This document shows positions 15,788-24,855 of a stretch of DNA of 29,590 nucleotides, in pieces (within the stretch, counting starts at the first letter, position 1; each line of letters opens with the position of its first letter). The position numbers and the translations under genes are program-made. The stretch lies in IMG/VR virus record IMGVR_UViG_3300021431_000002; one strand, given 5' to 3'. The DNA comes from a virus. Its lineage: Duplodnaviria > Heunggongvirae > Uroviricota > Caudoviricetes. The notes beneath the pieces are model-generated. The model was not told where the DNA came from, made no database searches, and worked only from the letters and a program-made list of their open reading frames with translations.

Positions 15788-16312
15788 TTACGCCTTTTTT
15801 TTCAAGATTACAGTTGTTTTATTTCCCTCATCTTTTGGCGCTGACTCAGGAGTTGCAACTTCATCCATCATAACTATGAACTCTAGAATTGATTTTTTAT
15901 TGTCCTCTCTTCTAGCAAGTTCTCTTCCTTTCATTGAAAGGGTAACTCTAACCCTACTTCCGTCTTCAATGAATTTTTTAGCATTGTTGACTTTAGTTTC
16001 CAAATCGTGTTTTGCAATATTTACACTGAGTTGTATCTCCTTCAAAGGCTTCGGCTGCTTATTCTTCTTAGCGGCCTTTTTCAACTCATAAATCATTTTC
16101 TCATAACTGCAAACCCTAACAATTGGAACATCCGACTTGCCTTGCAACTCAACAAGGTCAAGTTCCATATCTTCAGCGATTTTACGAGCTTTAGATATTG
16201 GAACTACCTCACTCTTAATACCTTCTCCAACAATTCTTACATTGCCAATAACTCTGATTTCGTCATTCACACGAAACTTTGAAGAAAAATCGTTTTTCTT
16301 AGCTTTTGCCAT
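15788..16312 (-). CDS. infC: Translation initiation factor IF-3
   Basis: RVNDEIR..VRIVG, A..IA....LDLVE, PIVRV.SYEKMIYE, LKEIQL, HDLETKV..AKKFIEDG.RVRV..KGRE. Confidence 0.93.
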   Translation of the reverse strand: MAKAKKNDFSSKFRVNDEIRVIGNVRIVGEGIKSEVVPISKARKIAEDMELDLVELQGKSDVPIVRVCSYEKMIYELKKAAKKNKQPKPLKEIQLSVNIAKHDLETKVNNAKKFIEDGSRVRVTLSMKGRELARREDNKKSILEFIVMMDEVATPESAPKDEGNKTTVILKKKA

Positions 16313-16562
16313 TTGAATTTTGTTCTAATTCTTTTATTTTGTCTTCTATTTTTTTAATTTTGTCTTTTCGTTCTTGAATTTGTTTTTCTTCTGTCTCAAG
16401 AAAAAACTTCTGAAACGTGAGTTCACGCTTTAGGTACTCCAAAGTAGGAGACTCATTCATACGCCTTTTAGCCTCTTCCTCCACTTTTTCAGCACGTTCA
16501 AGAAATATACGTGCCGATTCCCCAGTTAGTGTCGGAATAGGTTTCCCACTATCGACTGCCAA
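16299..16562 (-). CDS. Hypothetical coiled-coil protein; probable TTG start downstream of an internal promoter
   Basis: The ORF-track N-terminus (from 16652) translates the promoter itself (..RTFA..). The in-frame TTG at 16562 gives MAVDSGKPIPTLTGESARIF...; start uncertain. Confidence 0.55.
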   Translation of the reverse strand: MAVDSGKPIPTLTGESARIFLERAEKVEEEAKRRMNESPTLEYLKRELTFQKFFLETEEKQIQERKDKIKKIEDKIKELEQNSNGKS

Positions 16563-16588
16563 TGCTGTTGGCTCATCGTCATCGGATG

Positions 16589-16619
16589 CAAATGTACGAA
16601 TTTTCTTCGACTTGGCAAA
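16589..16619 (-). promoter_or_regulatory. -33/-7 promoter for the infC-sigma unit
   Basis: TTTG (16619-16616), N19, TACATTTG (16596-16589). Confidence 0.7.
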
Positions 16620-16644
16620 ATTTTTTTTGTTAAATTTTCCTAAT

Positions 16645-17016
16645 TTATTCATCTTTCACTTCTTCCCATACTAAATCAGAATCCTTCGCACGATAATGAG
16701 TGGGTTTTACCCCATCAAACACATGTTGGTGCAATAAAGTTTCTATCAAATACAGATTGTCTGATACATAGTGATATGTGTCAAGCATATATTTTTCCAC
16801 ATCATCTGGATATGCTGCGCCATCAGCGTCTTCCTCCGTTCCCTTAATGGCTTTATCCCTCAAGCCAAGAATCATTGCAATATCATCCAAGATATGTGTT
16901 TGCATTGTTAACATGACTTTCTTATTGATTTTAAGAAAATCATCGTCTTTGTCTTCCACATTTAAAAACCTCACTAGTTTTAAGTGGTCTTCAGTTAGAT
17001 TCAAATGTAATATCAT
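16645..17016 (-). CDS. Hypothetical protein, 123 aa
   Basis: Co-directional ORF with protein-like composition. Confidence 0.75.
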   Translation of the reverse strand: MILHLNLTEDHLKLVRFLNVEDKDDDFLKINKKVMLTMQTHILDDIAMILGLRDKAIKGTEEDADGAAYPDDVEKYMLDTYHYVSDNLYLIETLLHQHVFDGVKPTHYRAKDSDLVWEEVKDE

Positions 17017-17041
17017 ATTTTTAAATTCTTTATTCTATCAA

Positions 17042-17650
17042 TTAGTATCTTCTATGTCCATTTTTCCTAAATCTTTCTTCTGCTTTTCTCTTACGTTCCT
17101 TAACCATCCTACTATATTCTTCTTTGTCTTTGTCTCTCATTTCCAATTCTTTTCTCATCACCTCTAAAGTTTCTTCGTCTCTAGACTTCTGGAAATAGTC
17201 AAAAACGGTACATTTAACATCTTTGAGACAATTGTTAAATATATCTAGTATTTTATCTTTATCTCCGTTTCCGTCAAACCTACTAGAGCCAAGTAAAGGG
17301 CAAGCAATATTTTTCCCCTTATATCTTATGTTGACTAGTTTCAGAACATTTTCTAATGCTTCATATGAAAGGTAATCCTTTTGTTTATCTGGTCTAAAGT
17401 TATATCCTTCTGTTATAAAGCATAAACAAAAAGTAGGCTCATTATCAGATGTACATTCTATAATAGTTCCTAGTTTATCCTTATCTCCATATTTCGTCTC
17501 TAAGTTTTTATTGAAAACATATGGATAATTCAGCATTACTTTCAATTGAACGCCTTGAGACATAGTACAATAAAGATTAGTACCAATTAATATTACGTCA
17601 TATTCGTTGAAATGGTCATATATATCAACATCTTTAATGATTTTAACCAT
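17042..17650 (-). CDS. Macro-domain (ADP-ribose-binding/hydrolase-like) protein with charged C-terminal tail
   Basis: DIY...DVILIGTN...MSQG, G, LSYEALENVL and IACPLLGS..GNGD..I..I match a TARG1/DarG/Poa1-type macro fold pattern. Confidence 0.6.
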   Translation of the reverse strand: MVKIIKDVDIYDHFNEYDVILIGTNLYCTMSQGVQLKVMLNYPYVFNKNLETKYGDKDKLGTIIECTSDNEPTFCLCFITEGYNFRPDKQKDYLSYEALENVLKLVNIRYKGKNIACPLLGSSRFDGNGDKDKILDIFNNCLKDVKCTVFDYFQKSRDEETLEVMRKELEMRDKDKEEYSRMVKERKRKAEERFRKNGHRRY

Positions 17651-18702
17651 TACCCAAACCCTTTTATCACTTTAATTCGTTTGTTTAATGGCTCAGTGGC
17701 TTCTACAACATCTGGATTATAACATGGTTCATCCATGCTAGCTTCAGCTTCTTTCTGAACATTACCGCCTACAGTATAATTCTCTGAGTCTTCTGTAGAG
17801 AAACCAACACGTTTAGCCTCGTCCTCACTAACCCTAATTTTACCGTTTTTTTTGATAAGGTCTTCAAGTCTATCAAACACTCCGACTTCGCTGATACCAT
17901 CTACGTATATACCTTGAATAACTTCTTTCAAAAAATCAAATGTATACCCTTCAGTTTTTGAAACATATCTCTCTATGTCAGCCTTTACAGATTCTTCGTT
18001 AATATCAATTCCACTGTCAGATAGTTTCATTTCTATATACGATTTCCTTATTTCAGCGTTTGGTTTTTTGTACTCGATAACCATATTGAAACGGCTAGGT
18101 CTACACGTAAACCGTTTTTCTAGAATCTCTGGATAATTAGTCGTTGCGATAGTAACCACGTTATCGAATTGTCCATTACCATCAAGAGTTTGAAGCAACA
18201 TTGCGGTCAATCTGTCATCCTTCGCAAGACGCTCAAAATCCTCTATAATTGTAACAACTTTCCTATTAGGTTCTACGCTTCTAAATCTCTCCATTACTAC
18301 CCTATATGATGACAAATCCTCAACACTATCAATGAAGATTACAATACCATCATAGTCAGTAATAAGTTTATTAGCGATAATGTTAATTAATGATGTTTTA
18401 CCATTTCCTGGTAAACTATACAACAGTATATTTCTTTTGTAAACATTACCAAATTTCCTATACCTTTCTTCTGATTGCCAGAACATTTGAATATCATCCA
18501 AAATAGCATTTTGTATATCATTTGGCAATACATAAAGTCTAGGCATAATAACCTCTTTACTAGTTAGATATACTCTGCCATGATAACTATCATAAACTGG
18601 TCTGTAGAAGCCACTAGGCAAAATGTCTTTTGTTTCTCCTATTGGTTCATAATTGTTTCCTTGCTTAAGATAACGTTCATAATTACGCTCTTTATTTTCC
18701 AT
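17650..18702 (-). CDS. AAA+ ATPase (BCS1/FtsH-like ATPase module)
   Basis: ILLYSLPGNGKTS Walker A, IIEDFE Walker B, LLQTLDG, ATTNYPE and RPSRF second region of homology. Confidence 0.88.
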   Translation of the reverse strand: MENKERNYERYLKQGNNYEPIGETKDILPSGFYRPVYDSYHGRVYLTSKEVIMPRLYVLPNDIQNAILDDIQMFWQSEERYRKFGNVYKRNILLYSLPGNGKTSLINIIANKLITDYDGIVIFIDSVEDLSSYRVVMERFRSVEPNRKVVTIIEDFERLAKDDRLTAMLLQTLDGNGQFDNVVTIATTNYPEILEKRFTCRPSRFNMVIEYKKPNAEIRKSYIEMKLSDSGIDINEESVKADIERYVSKTEGYTFDFLKEVIQGIYVDGISEVGVFDRLEDLIKKNGKIRVSEDEAKRVGFSTEDSENYTVGGNVQKEAEASMDEPCYNPDVVEATEPLNKRIKVIKGFG

Positions 18703-18711
18703 ATCTTGAAT

Positions 18712-19779
18712 TTATTTAAAATTTTCGTGTTCTTTAAGGTTTTGAAGAATTTTTTTCTCTTCGTCATTAACTTTACTAGGTATCTTGATTTTAACGATGC
18801 CTATCATGTCTCCGCATGAATTAGTACCATACTTAGGAATACCATAACCCCTAAATCTGAGTTTATGCCCATCACTAGTTCCATTAGGTATTTTCGCTGT
18901 CAGTTCCCTACCATCAACGGCTTTTACATTAATATCACACCCAAGAATAGCATCAATAACATTCAATTCAATTGGGAAATACAAGTTATTACCATCAACT
19001 TCATATTTTCCATAATCTACTATCTGTATTTGAACGATTAAATCACCAACAGTTCCCTTACCGTGAGGTGGGAAATTTCCCTTTCCACCAATTATCACGC
19101 TCATACCATCAAGTAGACCTTTACCTAATTTTATTTCAGTTTCAGTTACTTTCTGAACAATACCATGTCCTTGACAATGCGGACAAGGATTTTCTATTTG
19201 TTTACCGACACCGCCACAAGTAGGGCAAGTTTGCTGCATTGACATAAACCCATTTTGAGAAAATATAAATCCAGTGCCACCACACGTTCTACATATTTTC
19301 TCTTTGGTTTTGTCAGTTTTTCCACTTCCACCACAATGGTCACAAGGTTCAAACCTTTTATATTTTATCTTCTTAGTTATGCCATTATATGCGTCCTCTA
19401 ACGTTAACTTCAATGTGATTCTGATGTTAGTACCCTTAACGTTTCTAGGCTCTCTGCGAGGACTGCCAAAGTCAAAATCCATTCCTCCGAATCCAAAATG
19501 GCGAAGAATGTCTTCCATTCCCATACCGCCAAAATCTGGTCCTCCACTCGTTCTGAAATCAAATTCAGAATGTGGGTTGTCATACTCTTCTTTCTTCTCT
19601 TTATTACCAAGAACTTCATAGGCTTCAGCAGCCTCTTTAAATTTCTCCTCGGCATTCTTATCTCCTGGATTTCTATCTGGATGATACTTTAAGGCTAACT
19701 TCTTATAAGCCTTGCGTATCTCTTCTTGACTAGCATCTTTATTAACCCCAAGAATTTTATAATAATCCTTTCTAGACAT
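18712..19779 (-). CDS. dnaJ: Chaperone DnaJ
   Basis: [13 protein letters not shown] region, four CxxCxGxG repeats, C-terminal domain. Confidence 0.97.
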   Translation of the reverse strand: MSRKDYYKILGVNKDASQEEIRKAYKKLALKYHPDRNPGDKNAEEKFKEAAEAYEVLGNKEKKEEYDNPHSEFDFRTSGGPDFGGMGMEDILRHFGFGGMDFDFGSPRREPRNVKGTNIRITLKLTLEDAYNGITKKIKYKRFEPCDHCGGSGKTDKTKEKICRTCGGTGFIFSQNGFMSMQQTCPTCGGVGKQIENPCPHCQGHGIVQKVTETEIKLGKGLLDGMSVIIGGKGNFPPHGKGTVGDLIVQIQIVDYGKYEVDGNNLYFPIELNVIDAILGCDINVKAVDGRELTAKIPNGTSDGHKLRFRGYGIPKYGTNSCGDMIGIVKIKIPSKVNDEEKKILQNLKEHENFK

Positions 19780-19811
19780 AGTTATTCTTTATCTAAGTTA
19801 TAAATTTATTG

Positions 19812-19843
19812 CAAAGATATAATTTTTATTTTAAAAAGACAAA
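19812..19843 (-). promoter_or_regulatory. -33/-7 promoter for the dnaJ-AAA-macro unit
   Basis: TTTG (19843-19840), N20, TATCTTTG (19819-19812). Confidence 0.75.
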
Positions 19844-19852
19844 TAAAAACGC

Positions 19853-19891
19853 AAAAAATCTGAGAGACTTGTTGGGAAGCCCCTCAGATTT
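19853..19891 (-). terminator. Intrinsic terminator after dnaK
   Basis: AAATCTGAGGGGCTT-CCCAAC-AAGTCTCTCAGATTT (15 bp with GU), then T's. Confidence 0.8.
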
Positions 19892-19921
19892 GCAATTATA
19901 ATTCAGCCTTGCCAAGTCATG

Positions 19922-21817
19922 TTAGCTTTTAACTTCCTCAAATTCTGCATCTTGAACGTCATTAGGCTGTTCTGCCACCTCTTCATCAGATGGCTGCTGT
20001 GCAGTTGACTGATTCTGATTGTTTGCATAAATTCGCTGAGAAATCTCATTCCAAACGTTATTGATAGTACCTTCAATCTCGTTGATTTTCTCAACATTCT
20101 TATCCTTAACAGCTTGTTTCATTTCGCTAACCAAACCCTCAAGTTTGGTCTTCTCATCTGAGGTGATATTATCCTTCTGTTCCTCAATCATCTTCTCTTG
20201 TGAGAAAACAATATTGTCACCCTTGTTTACAGCATCTGCAATTTCACGCTCTTTCTTGTCTGCATCAGCATTAGCCTCTGCCTCTGCTTTCATGCGCTCA
20301 ATCTCTTCCTTAGAAAGACTGCTAGAACCCTCCACACGGATAGACTGTGCTTTACCAGTACCCTTATCGGTTGCGCTGACCTCAATAACACCATTAGCGT
20401 TAATGCTAATCTTCACAGCAATCTGAGGAATACCACGCTTTGCGGGAAGTATACCAGTAAGATTAAACCTACCAATGCTCTTATTCTGACTAGCCATTGG
20501 GCGATTACCTTGAAGAAGGTTAATCGTAACCTCAGTCTGATTATCAGCAGCAGTTGAGAATACTTCCTCCTTATCGCAAGGAATTGTAGTATTAGCCTCA
20601 ATAAGGGTTGTCATAACGCCACCAAGCGTCTCAATACCAAGGTTAAGTGGAGTAACATCAAGAAGAACAATGTCACCAACACCATCTTCCTTGTTAAGGA
20701 CTGCACCTTGAATTGATGCACCCAATGACACAGCCTCATCTGGGTTTACTGCCTTAGATGGGTCTTTGCCAAATACACTTTTAGCAGCCTCTACAACCTT
20801 TGGAATACGAGTAGAACCACCTACAAGGATTACCTCATCAATATCCTTTGTCTCAAGTTTTGAAAGCCTCAACGCTTCCTTACAAAGGTTAACCAACTTA
20901 GTATACAACTTATCGCTCAACTGCTCAAACTTAGCACGAGTAAGCGTCAGATTCAAGTGCTTTGGAACACCATTCACTGGAGCAAGATAAGGCAGATTGA
21001 TGTCTGTTGACGTTGCAGTAGAAAGTTCAATCTTAGCCTTTTCAGCAGCTTCCTTCAAACGCTGCATTGCCATTGCATCGCTAGACACATCAACACCCTC
21101 TTGATTCTTAAACTGTTCAACGAGGTAATCTATAATAACTTGGTCAAAGTCCTCACCTCCAAGATGTGAATCGCCATTGGTAGAAATCACCTCAAACACT
21201 CCACCGCCAAAGTTAAGAATAGATACGTCTGACGTACCACCACCAATATCGTAGACAACGATATTCATGTCCTTATTAGCCTTGTCTACACCATAAGCGA
21301 GTGCTGCTGCTGTAGGCTCATTGATAATACGAAGAACATTAAGTCCTGCAATCTCACCAGCCTCGATGGTTGCCTTACGCTGACTATCATCAAAATAAGC
21401 TGGAACCGTGATAACAGCATCCTTTACCTCTGTACCCAAATAATCCTCTGCGGTCTTCTTCATTTTCTGAAGAATGGTTGCAGAAATCTCTTGTGGAGTG
21501 TACTTACGACCCTCAATATCTACACGAGGATAACCACCATCGTTAACGACCTTGTAAGTCACACGGTCAGCCTCTTTTGAAGCCTTATCGAATGTGATAC
21601 CCATAAAACGCTTGATTGCGTATACGGTATTAGTTGGATTAGTGATTGCTTGTCTACGTGCTGCATCACCAACCTTACGTTCACCATTTACAAAACCTAC
21701 AACAGATGGGGTTGTACGATTACCCTCACTGTTCACAATAACAGTAGGCTGTCCTCCTTCAAAAACACTAACACATGATGTTGAAGTTCCGAGGTCAATT
21801 CCAATAACTTTTCCCAT
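19922..21817 (-). CDS. dnaK: Chaperone DnaK (Hsp70)
   Basis: [55 protein letters not shown] and [11 protein letters not shown]. Confidence 0.98.
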   Translation of the reverse strand: MGKVIGIDLGTSTSCVSVFEGGQPTVIVNSEGNRTTPSVVGFVNGERKVGDAARRQAITNPTNTVYAIKRFMGITFDKASKEADRVTYKVVNDGGYPRVDIEGRKYTPQEISATILQKMKKTAEDYLGTEVKDAVITVPAYFDDSQRKATIEAGEIAGLNVLRIINEPTAAALAYGVDKANKDMNIVVYDIGGGTSDVSILNFGGGVFEVISTNGDSHLGGEDFDQVIIDYLVEQFKNQEGVDVSSDAMAMQRLKEAAEKAKIELSTATSTDINLPYLAPVNGVPKHLNLTLTRAKFEQLSDKLYTKLVNLCKEALRLSKLETKDIDEVILVGGSTRIPKVVEAAKSVFGKDPSKAVNPDEAVSLGASIQGAVLNKEDGVGDIVLLDVTPLNLGIETLGGVMTTLIEANTTIPCDKEEVFSTAADNQTEVTINLLQGNRPMASQNKSIGRFNLTGILPAKRGIPQIAVKISINANGVIEVSATDKGTGKAQSIRVEGSSSLSKEEIERMKAEAEANADADKKEREIADAVNKGDNIVFSQEKMIEEQKDNITSDEKTKLEGLVSEMKQAVKDKNVEKINEIEGTINNVWNEISQRIYANNQNQSTAQQPSDEEVAEQPNDVQDAEFEEVKS

Positions 21818-21839
21818 AAATCTTATTTTATATTTCTAA

Positions 21840-22100
21840 TTATTTTATTTTAGTCCATTTCGGCTCTAATTTGCCGTTTTCATCTGTAAAAGGTAATCTT
21901 ATTTTAATATGAAATAAATTAGGGTCTCCATATTCAACCATCATTTTATTTCCTACCTTAACCATGATTGGGTTTACTTGTGTTTTTGATATGTCATCAT
22001 AATACCATTTTAACCTCAAAAACCCATCTTCATGGACGGTAAGCAAATATTTAGAACCTACTATTTCGCCATCACAGAGATACATTTCTTTTACTCCCAT
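21840..22100 (-). CDS. Hypothetical protein, 86 aa
   Basis: Co-directional ORF upstream of dnaK. Confidence 0.7.
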   Translation of the reverse strand: MGVKEMYLCDGEIVGSKYLLTVHEDGFLRLKWYYDDISKTQVNPIMVKVGNKMMVEYGDPNLFHIKIRLPFTDENGKLEPKWTKIK

Positions 22101-22127
22101 ATTTAAGCAAATATCGTGCCAAACTAT

Positions 22128-22412
22128 TTATTTTTTAAAAAATTCAATTGCAGCTTCTTTTGAGAAAAAGATAATCTCATTATCATGCGTTTTTACTGTG
22201 GGATAACTAACCACTTTTGAATATGTGTCTGTAAATTTTGGATGAGCATTGATGGTTTTGCCATTTTTATCAAACCCAAAATGGAAATACAATACATCTT
22301 TAGGGTTTCCCATCAAGCCATACTCTTTAACAGTTCTACTACAAATGTATTTCCCATCATTATTATAAAAATACACTTTGTCCCTTAATCTTAAATCTCT
22401 TGCTGTTTTCAT
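22128..22412 (-). CDS. Hypothetical protein, 94 aa
   Basis: First ORF after the promoter at 22465. Confidence 0.7.
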   Translation of the reverse strand: MKTARDLRLRDKVYFYNNDGKYICSRTVKEYGLMGNPKDVLYFHFGFDKNGKTINAHPKFTDTYSKVVSYPTVKTHDNEIIFFSKEAAIEFFKK

Positions 22413-22464
22413 AACAAATCAAACTTCAAAATTTAGCACTAAATGGCACTCTTAAAATTCTATG

Positions 22465-22496
22465 CAAAGATACGTAAAAAAATTGGAATAACCAAA
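22465..22496 (-). promoter_or_regulatory. -33/-7 promoter for the dnaK unit
   Basis: TTTG (22496-22493), N20, TATCTTTG (22472-22465); 33/35 identical to the 858 and 14005 copies. Confidence 0.85.
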
Positions 22497-22513
22497 TGTT
22501 ATCCCAACTTTTT
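22474..22513 (-). terminator. Terminator hairpin overlapping the promoter
   Basis: AAAAAGTTGGGATAAC-ATTTG-GTTATTCCAATTTTT: 16-bp stem with 2 GU, ending in a T-run. Confidence 0.7.
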
Positions 22514-22539
22514 ATATATTTTTAACGCAATTGTATTCT

Positions 22540-22947
22540 TTAAGGAAGATATTCCTCTATATTGGATGTTATATACGCTAGCTTAACCAATATTTCACCC
22601 ATAATTGCATCCTCTGTTAGCATTGTGACATCAGATGTCTCAAGAGAACCAATGGACTCTCCATTTTCAATCCTCTTTTTAGCAATCTCAATGCCAACAT
22701 TTTCATCAAATATGTCATGTGGGTGACAAATTGACATACCCAATGTCAGTTTTCTGCTAAGAAGTTTATTTGATGGATAAGTCAGCACACCATCCACAAA
22801 TGACCCTTCCTTAACCTCTACTGGAACAATCTCTTGAACCATTTGCCGCTCTCTTGTCTGCTCTAATTTACCAACTACAGTAACCGTATGCTTAACTCCA
22901 TTAGAATCTTCACAGATAGCATACATTGAATAAAACTTTGTCTTCAT
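22540..22947 (-). CDS. Hypothetical protein, 135 aa
   Basis: ORF with a G.SICHP.D.FD...G..IA..R pattern; function unknown. Confidence 0.75.
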   Translation of the reverse strand: MKTKFYSMYAICEDSNGVKHTVTVVGKLEQTRERQMVQEIVPVEVKEGSFVDGVLTYPSNKLLSRKLTLGMSICHPHDIFDENVGIEIAKKRIENGESIGSLETSDVTMLTEDAIMGEILVKLAYITSNIEEYLP

Positions 22948-22982
22948 AAATATTAATAGTATTAAATTAAAAAATTATTTTT

Positions 22983-23183
22983 TCAAAACATATTTTTTTG
23001 AATTTTCACTTTCCTAACATATTCATCATTATTTATTAAATCTAAGAATATGCTGTTATATGAAGGTGGAATAGGACCACCATTAACCCAGACTTGTCCT
23101 CTAAAACAAATTATTTCACTACCACTTGGTATTGTGCCATATTGGCATTCGTAAGGTTTAATTAATACATACTTTTCATTCAT
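22983..23183 (-). CDS. Hypothetical protein, 66 aa
   Basis: ATGA overlap with the upstream HAD gene. Confidence 0.7.
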   Translation of the reverse strand: MNEKYVLIKPYECQYGTIPSGSEIICFRGQVWVNGGPIPPSYNSIFLDLINNDEYVRKVKIQKNMF

Positions 23184-23668
23184 AGTTTAATTTTGTCTAA
23201 GGTGTCACTGATATGTTTCAATATCGGTGACATTATTTTATCGACTTCAACCCAATCAACATATGGTCTGTTGCACCCATCCAACCATTTATGCGGGATT
23301 CCAATACCTCTATCATCAATGGAAAAAACGGCAAAAGCCTTGCTCACAGAGTTACCGTCTCTATCTTGCATTGGGTTCTTTCTTAAACCATAAAGTTTTA
23401 TCCCCTCTTTTTCAAGAGTTTCTAATGGTTCTTTTAAAATTTCGTCATACCGCATTGAATTTAATATCCATCCAACGTTGTAGTCTTTAACCCAACGTCT
23501 CATGACTTCAAATCCCTCTGGGTTTAAAACCATTTCATTTTGTTGCCAATTCGAACATTTGGTAAGGGTGTAATCCCAATCAACCTCAATTGGAATTATC
23601 CACCTACCATTTTCGCTTCTTTCACTATAATATAGAACTTCATCTATAATCCCGTCATATTTATTCAT
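23180..23668 (-). CDS. HAD-superfamily phosphatase (BT0820/PNK-phosphatase-like)
   Basis: Motif I VDWDYT (DxD), motif II ILNSMR, NP, motif III/IV SK...IDDR, VDW. Confidence 0.7.
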   Translation of the reverse strand: MNKYDGIIDEVLYYSERSENGRWIIPIEVDWDYTLTKCSNWQQNEMVLNPEGFEVMRRWVKDYNVGWILNSMRYDEILKEPLETLEKEGIKLYGLRKNPMQDRDGNSVSKAFAVFSIDDRGIGIPHKWLDGCNRPYVDWVEVDKIMSPILKHISDTLDKIKL

Positions 23669-23684
23669 ATTTTAATTTTTTCCA

Positions 23685-24257
23685 TTAATCAACTTCAACA
23701 TGTCTTGGAGTATGGTCTAATAAATCTTCTGGGTATCCCTTCCCTTCTTCATCATAACCATTTTCCTTATGTTTCTTCCAATATGCATTGTTTAGTCTTC
23801 TTAATACGCCTTGATTTAAAAACGTGGAATAATCGTTTCTGTCAGCATATTCTACCTCGATGTGATGTTCTACACAGTAGCGGTAAATAAACTCAGCCAC
23901 AGCCCTAGAACGGCTATATCCAGCTCGACAATGGACATAAATAGTATTTGGACAAGACTCTATTATTCTTTCAATGAAATCAACGGCATTTTCTGCTTGT
24001 TCCATTGTCATTGTCCTAAATATATATCCATCATATTCTACATCTGTAGAAACATCATCGAAATCAAGATTCAACACATTTGGATGATTTTTGAAATAAT
24101 GTTTAGTATCCTCTTCATCAAGGTAATACTTCAAACATTTTTCAGTGCCTATTATTGATATGCAAGCAATGTTGGTGCTCTCAATATTGGAATCGTCCAA
24201 ATTCATATCCCTCATTTTCTCATCAAATAAATAATGAGATAAAACTTCTATTTTCAT
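23685..24257 (-). CDS. Cys-dependent (PTP/dual-specificity, CX5R) phosphatase
   Basis: L.LDFDD acid loop and IYVHCRAGYSRS P-loop. Confidence 0.85.
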   Translation of the reverse strand: MKIEVLSHYLFDEKMRDMNLDDSNIESTNIACISIIGTEKCLKYYLDEEDTKHYFKNHPNVLNLDFDDVSTDVEYDGYIFRTMTMEQAENAVDFIERIIESCPNTIYVHCRAGYSRSRAVAEFIYRYCVEHHIEVEYADRNDYSTFLNQGVLRRLNNAYWKKHKENGYDEEGKGYPEDLLDHTPRHVEVD

Positions 24258-24275
24258 TTCTTTTTTTTTAATAGC

Positions 24276-24704
24276 CTATAATCTTCCATCATAATCCACA
24301 AGCACACCATTGGTCATATAACTATCGTAAATATTATAAGACCCATAAATAGAATTGTTAATATATGCATTAGTATAATTAGACGAAAGTCCTATTGCCG
24401 CTGTATCAATAAGTTGTTCATTTAATATATCTTCCCAATGTAATTCATTTACCTTTTTTATATTTTTAGCAGTATCGCCAAAAGATGACCTTTTGTATTT
24501 AAGAAACATGTCTTTTAGTTCATAATAAGTAAGATAATATGCATCCCACTCACTTTTCGCATTCATAAGATTGATAGAAAGATTTGTAAATATAGTAGGA
24601 AATGGGATTATTTTTTCTAGATTTTTAATTTTTATTTTCATGGTATCCAAATCCCATTTTTTATTCGTATATTCTGTCTTTACTCTACTCCAACAATTAT
24701 TCAT
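24276..24704 (-). CDS. Hypothetical protein, 142 aa
   Basis: Co-directional ORF overlapping the upstream small ORF. Confidence 0.65.
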   Translation of the reverse strand: MNNCWSRVKTEYTNKKWDLDTMKIKIKNLEKIIPFPTIFTNLSINLMNAKSEWDAYYLTYYELKDMFLKYKRSSFGDTAKNIKKVNELHWEDILNEQLIDTAAIGLSSNYTNAYINNSIYGSYNIYDSYMTNGVLVDYDGRL

Positions 24705-24855
24705 CTATAAACTCCTCCCCCCAATTTGAAAAGTCAAAATTCAATCTCCTTGTCTCTCTCTTATAACTACCATATGTAACTGATGATAGAATTGAAAGTA
24801 GTAGGAACATTCCTATCGCACTGCCAATTATAAAATTTCTAGCTCTTGTTTTCAT
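24697..24855 (-). CDS. Small single-pass membrane protein, 52 aa (not in ORF track)
   Basis: MKTRARNFIIGSAIGMFLLLSILSSVTYGSYKRETRRLNFDFSNWGEEFIDE*; ATGA overlap with the nuclease stop. Confidence 0.65.
   Translation of the reverse strand: MKTRARNFIIGSAIGMFLLLSILSSVTYGSYKRETRRLNFDFSNWGEEFIDE

Noticed and set aside
6710-24278. TAG-to-Gln recoding (as in Lak phages): TAG stops at 6770, 8985 and 24276; readthrough at 24276 would fuse in frame to the CX5R phosphatase
   Set aside because: Long conserved genes (dnaK, rtcB, tyrS, DUF2828, tail fibre) contain no in-frame TAG and are intact in code 11; no CTA-anticodon tRNA is seen.
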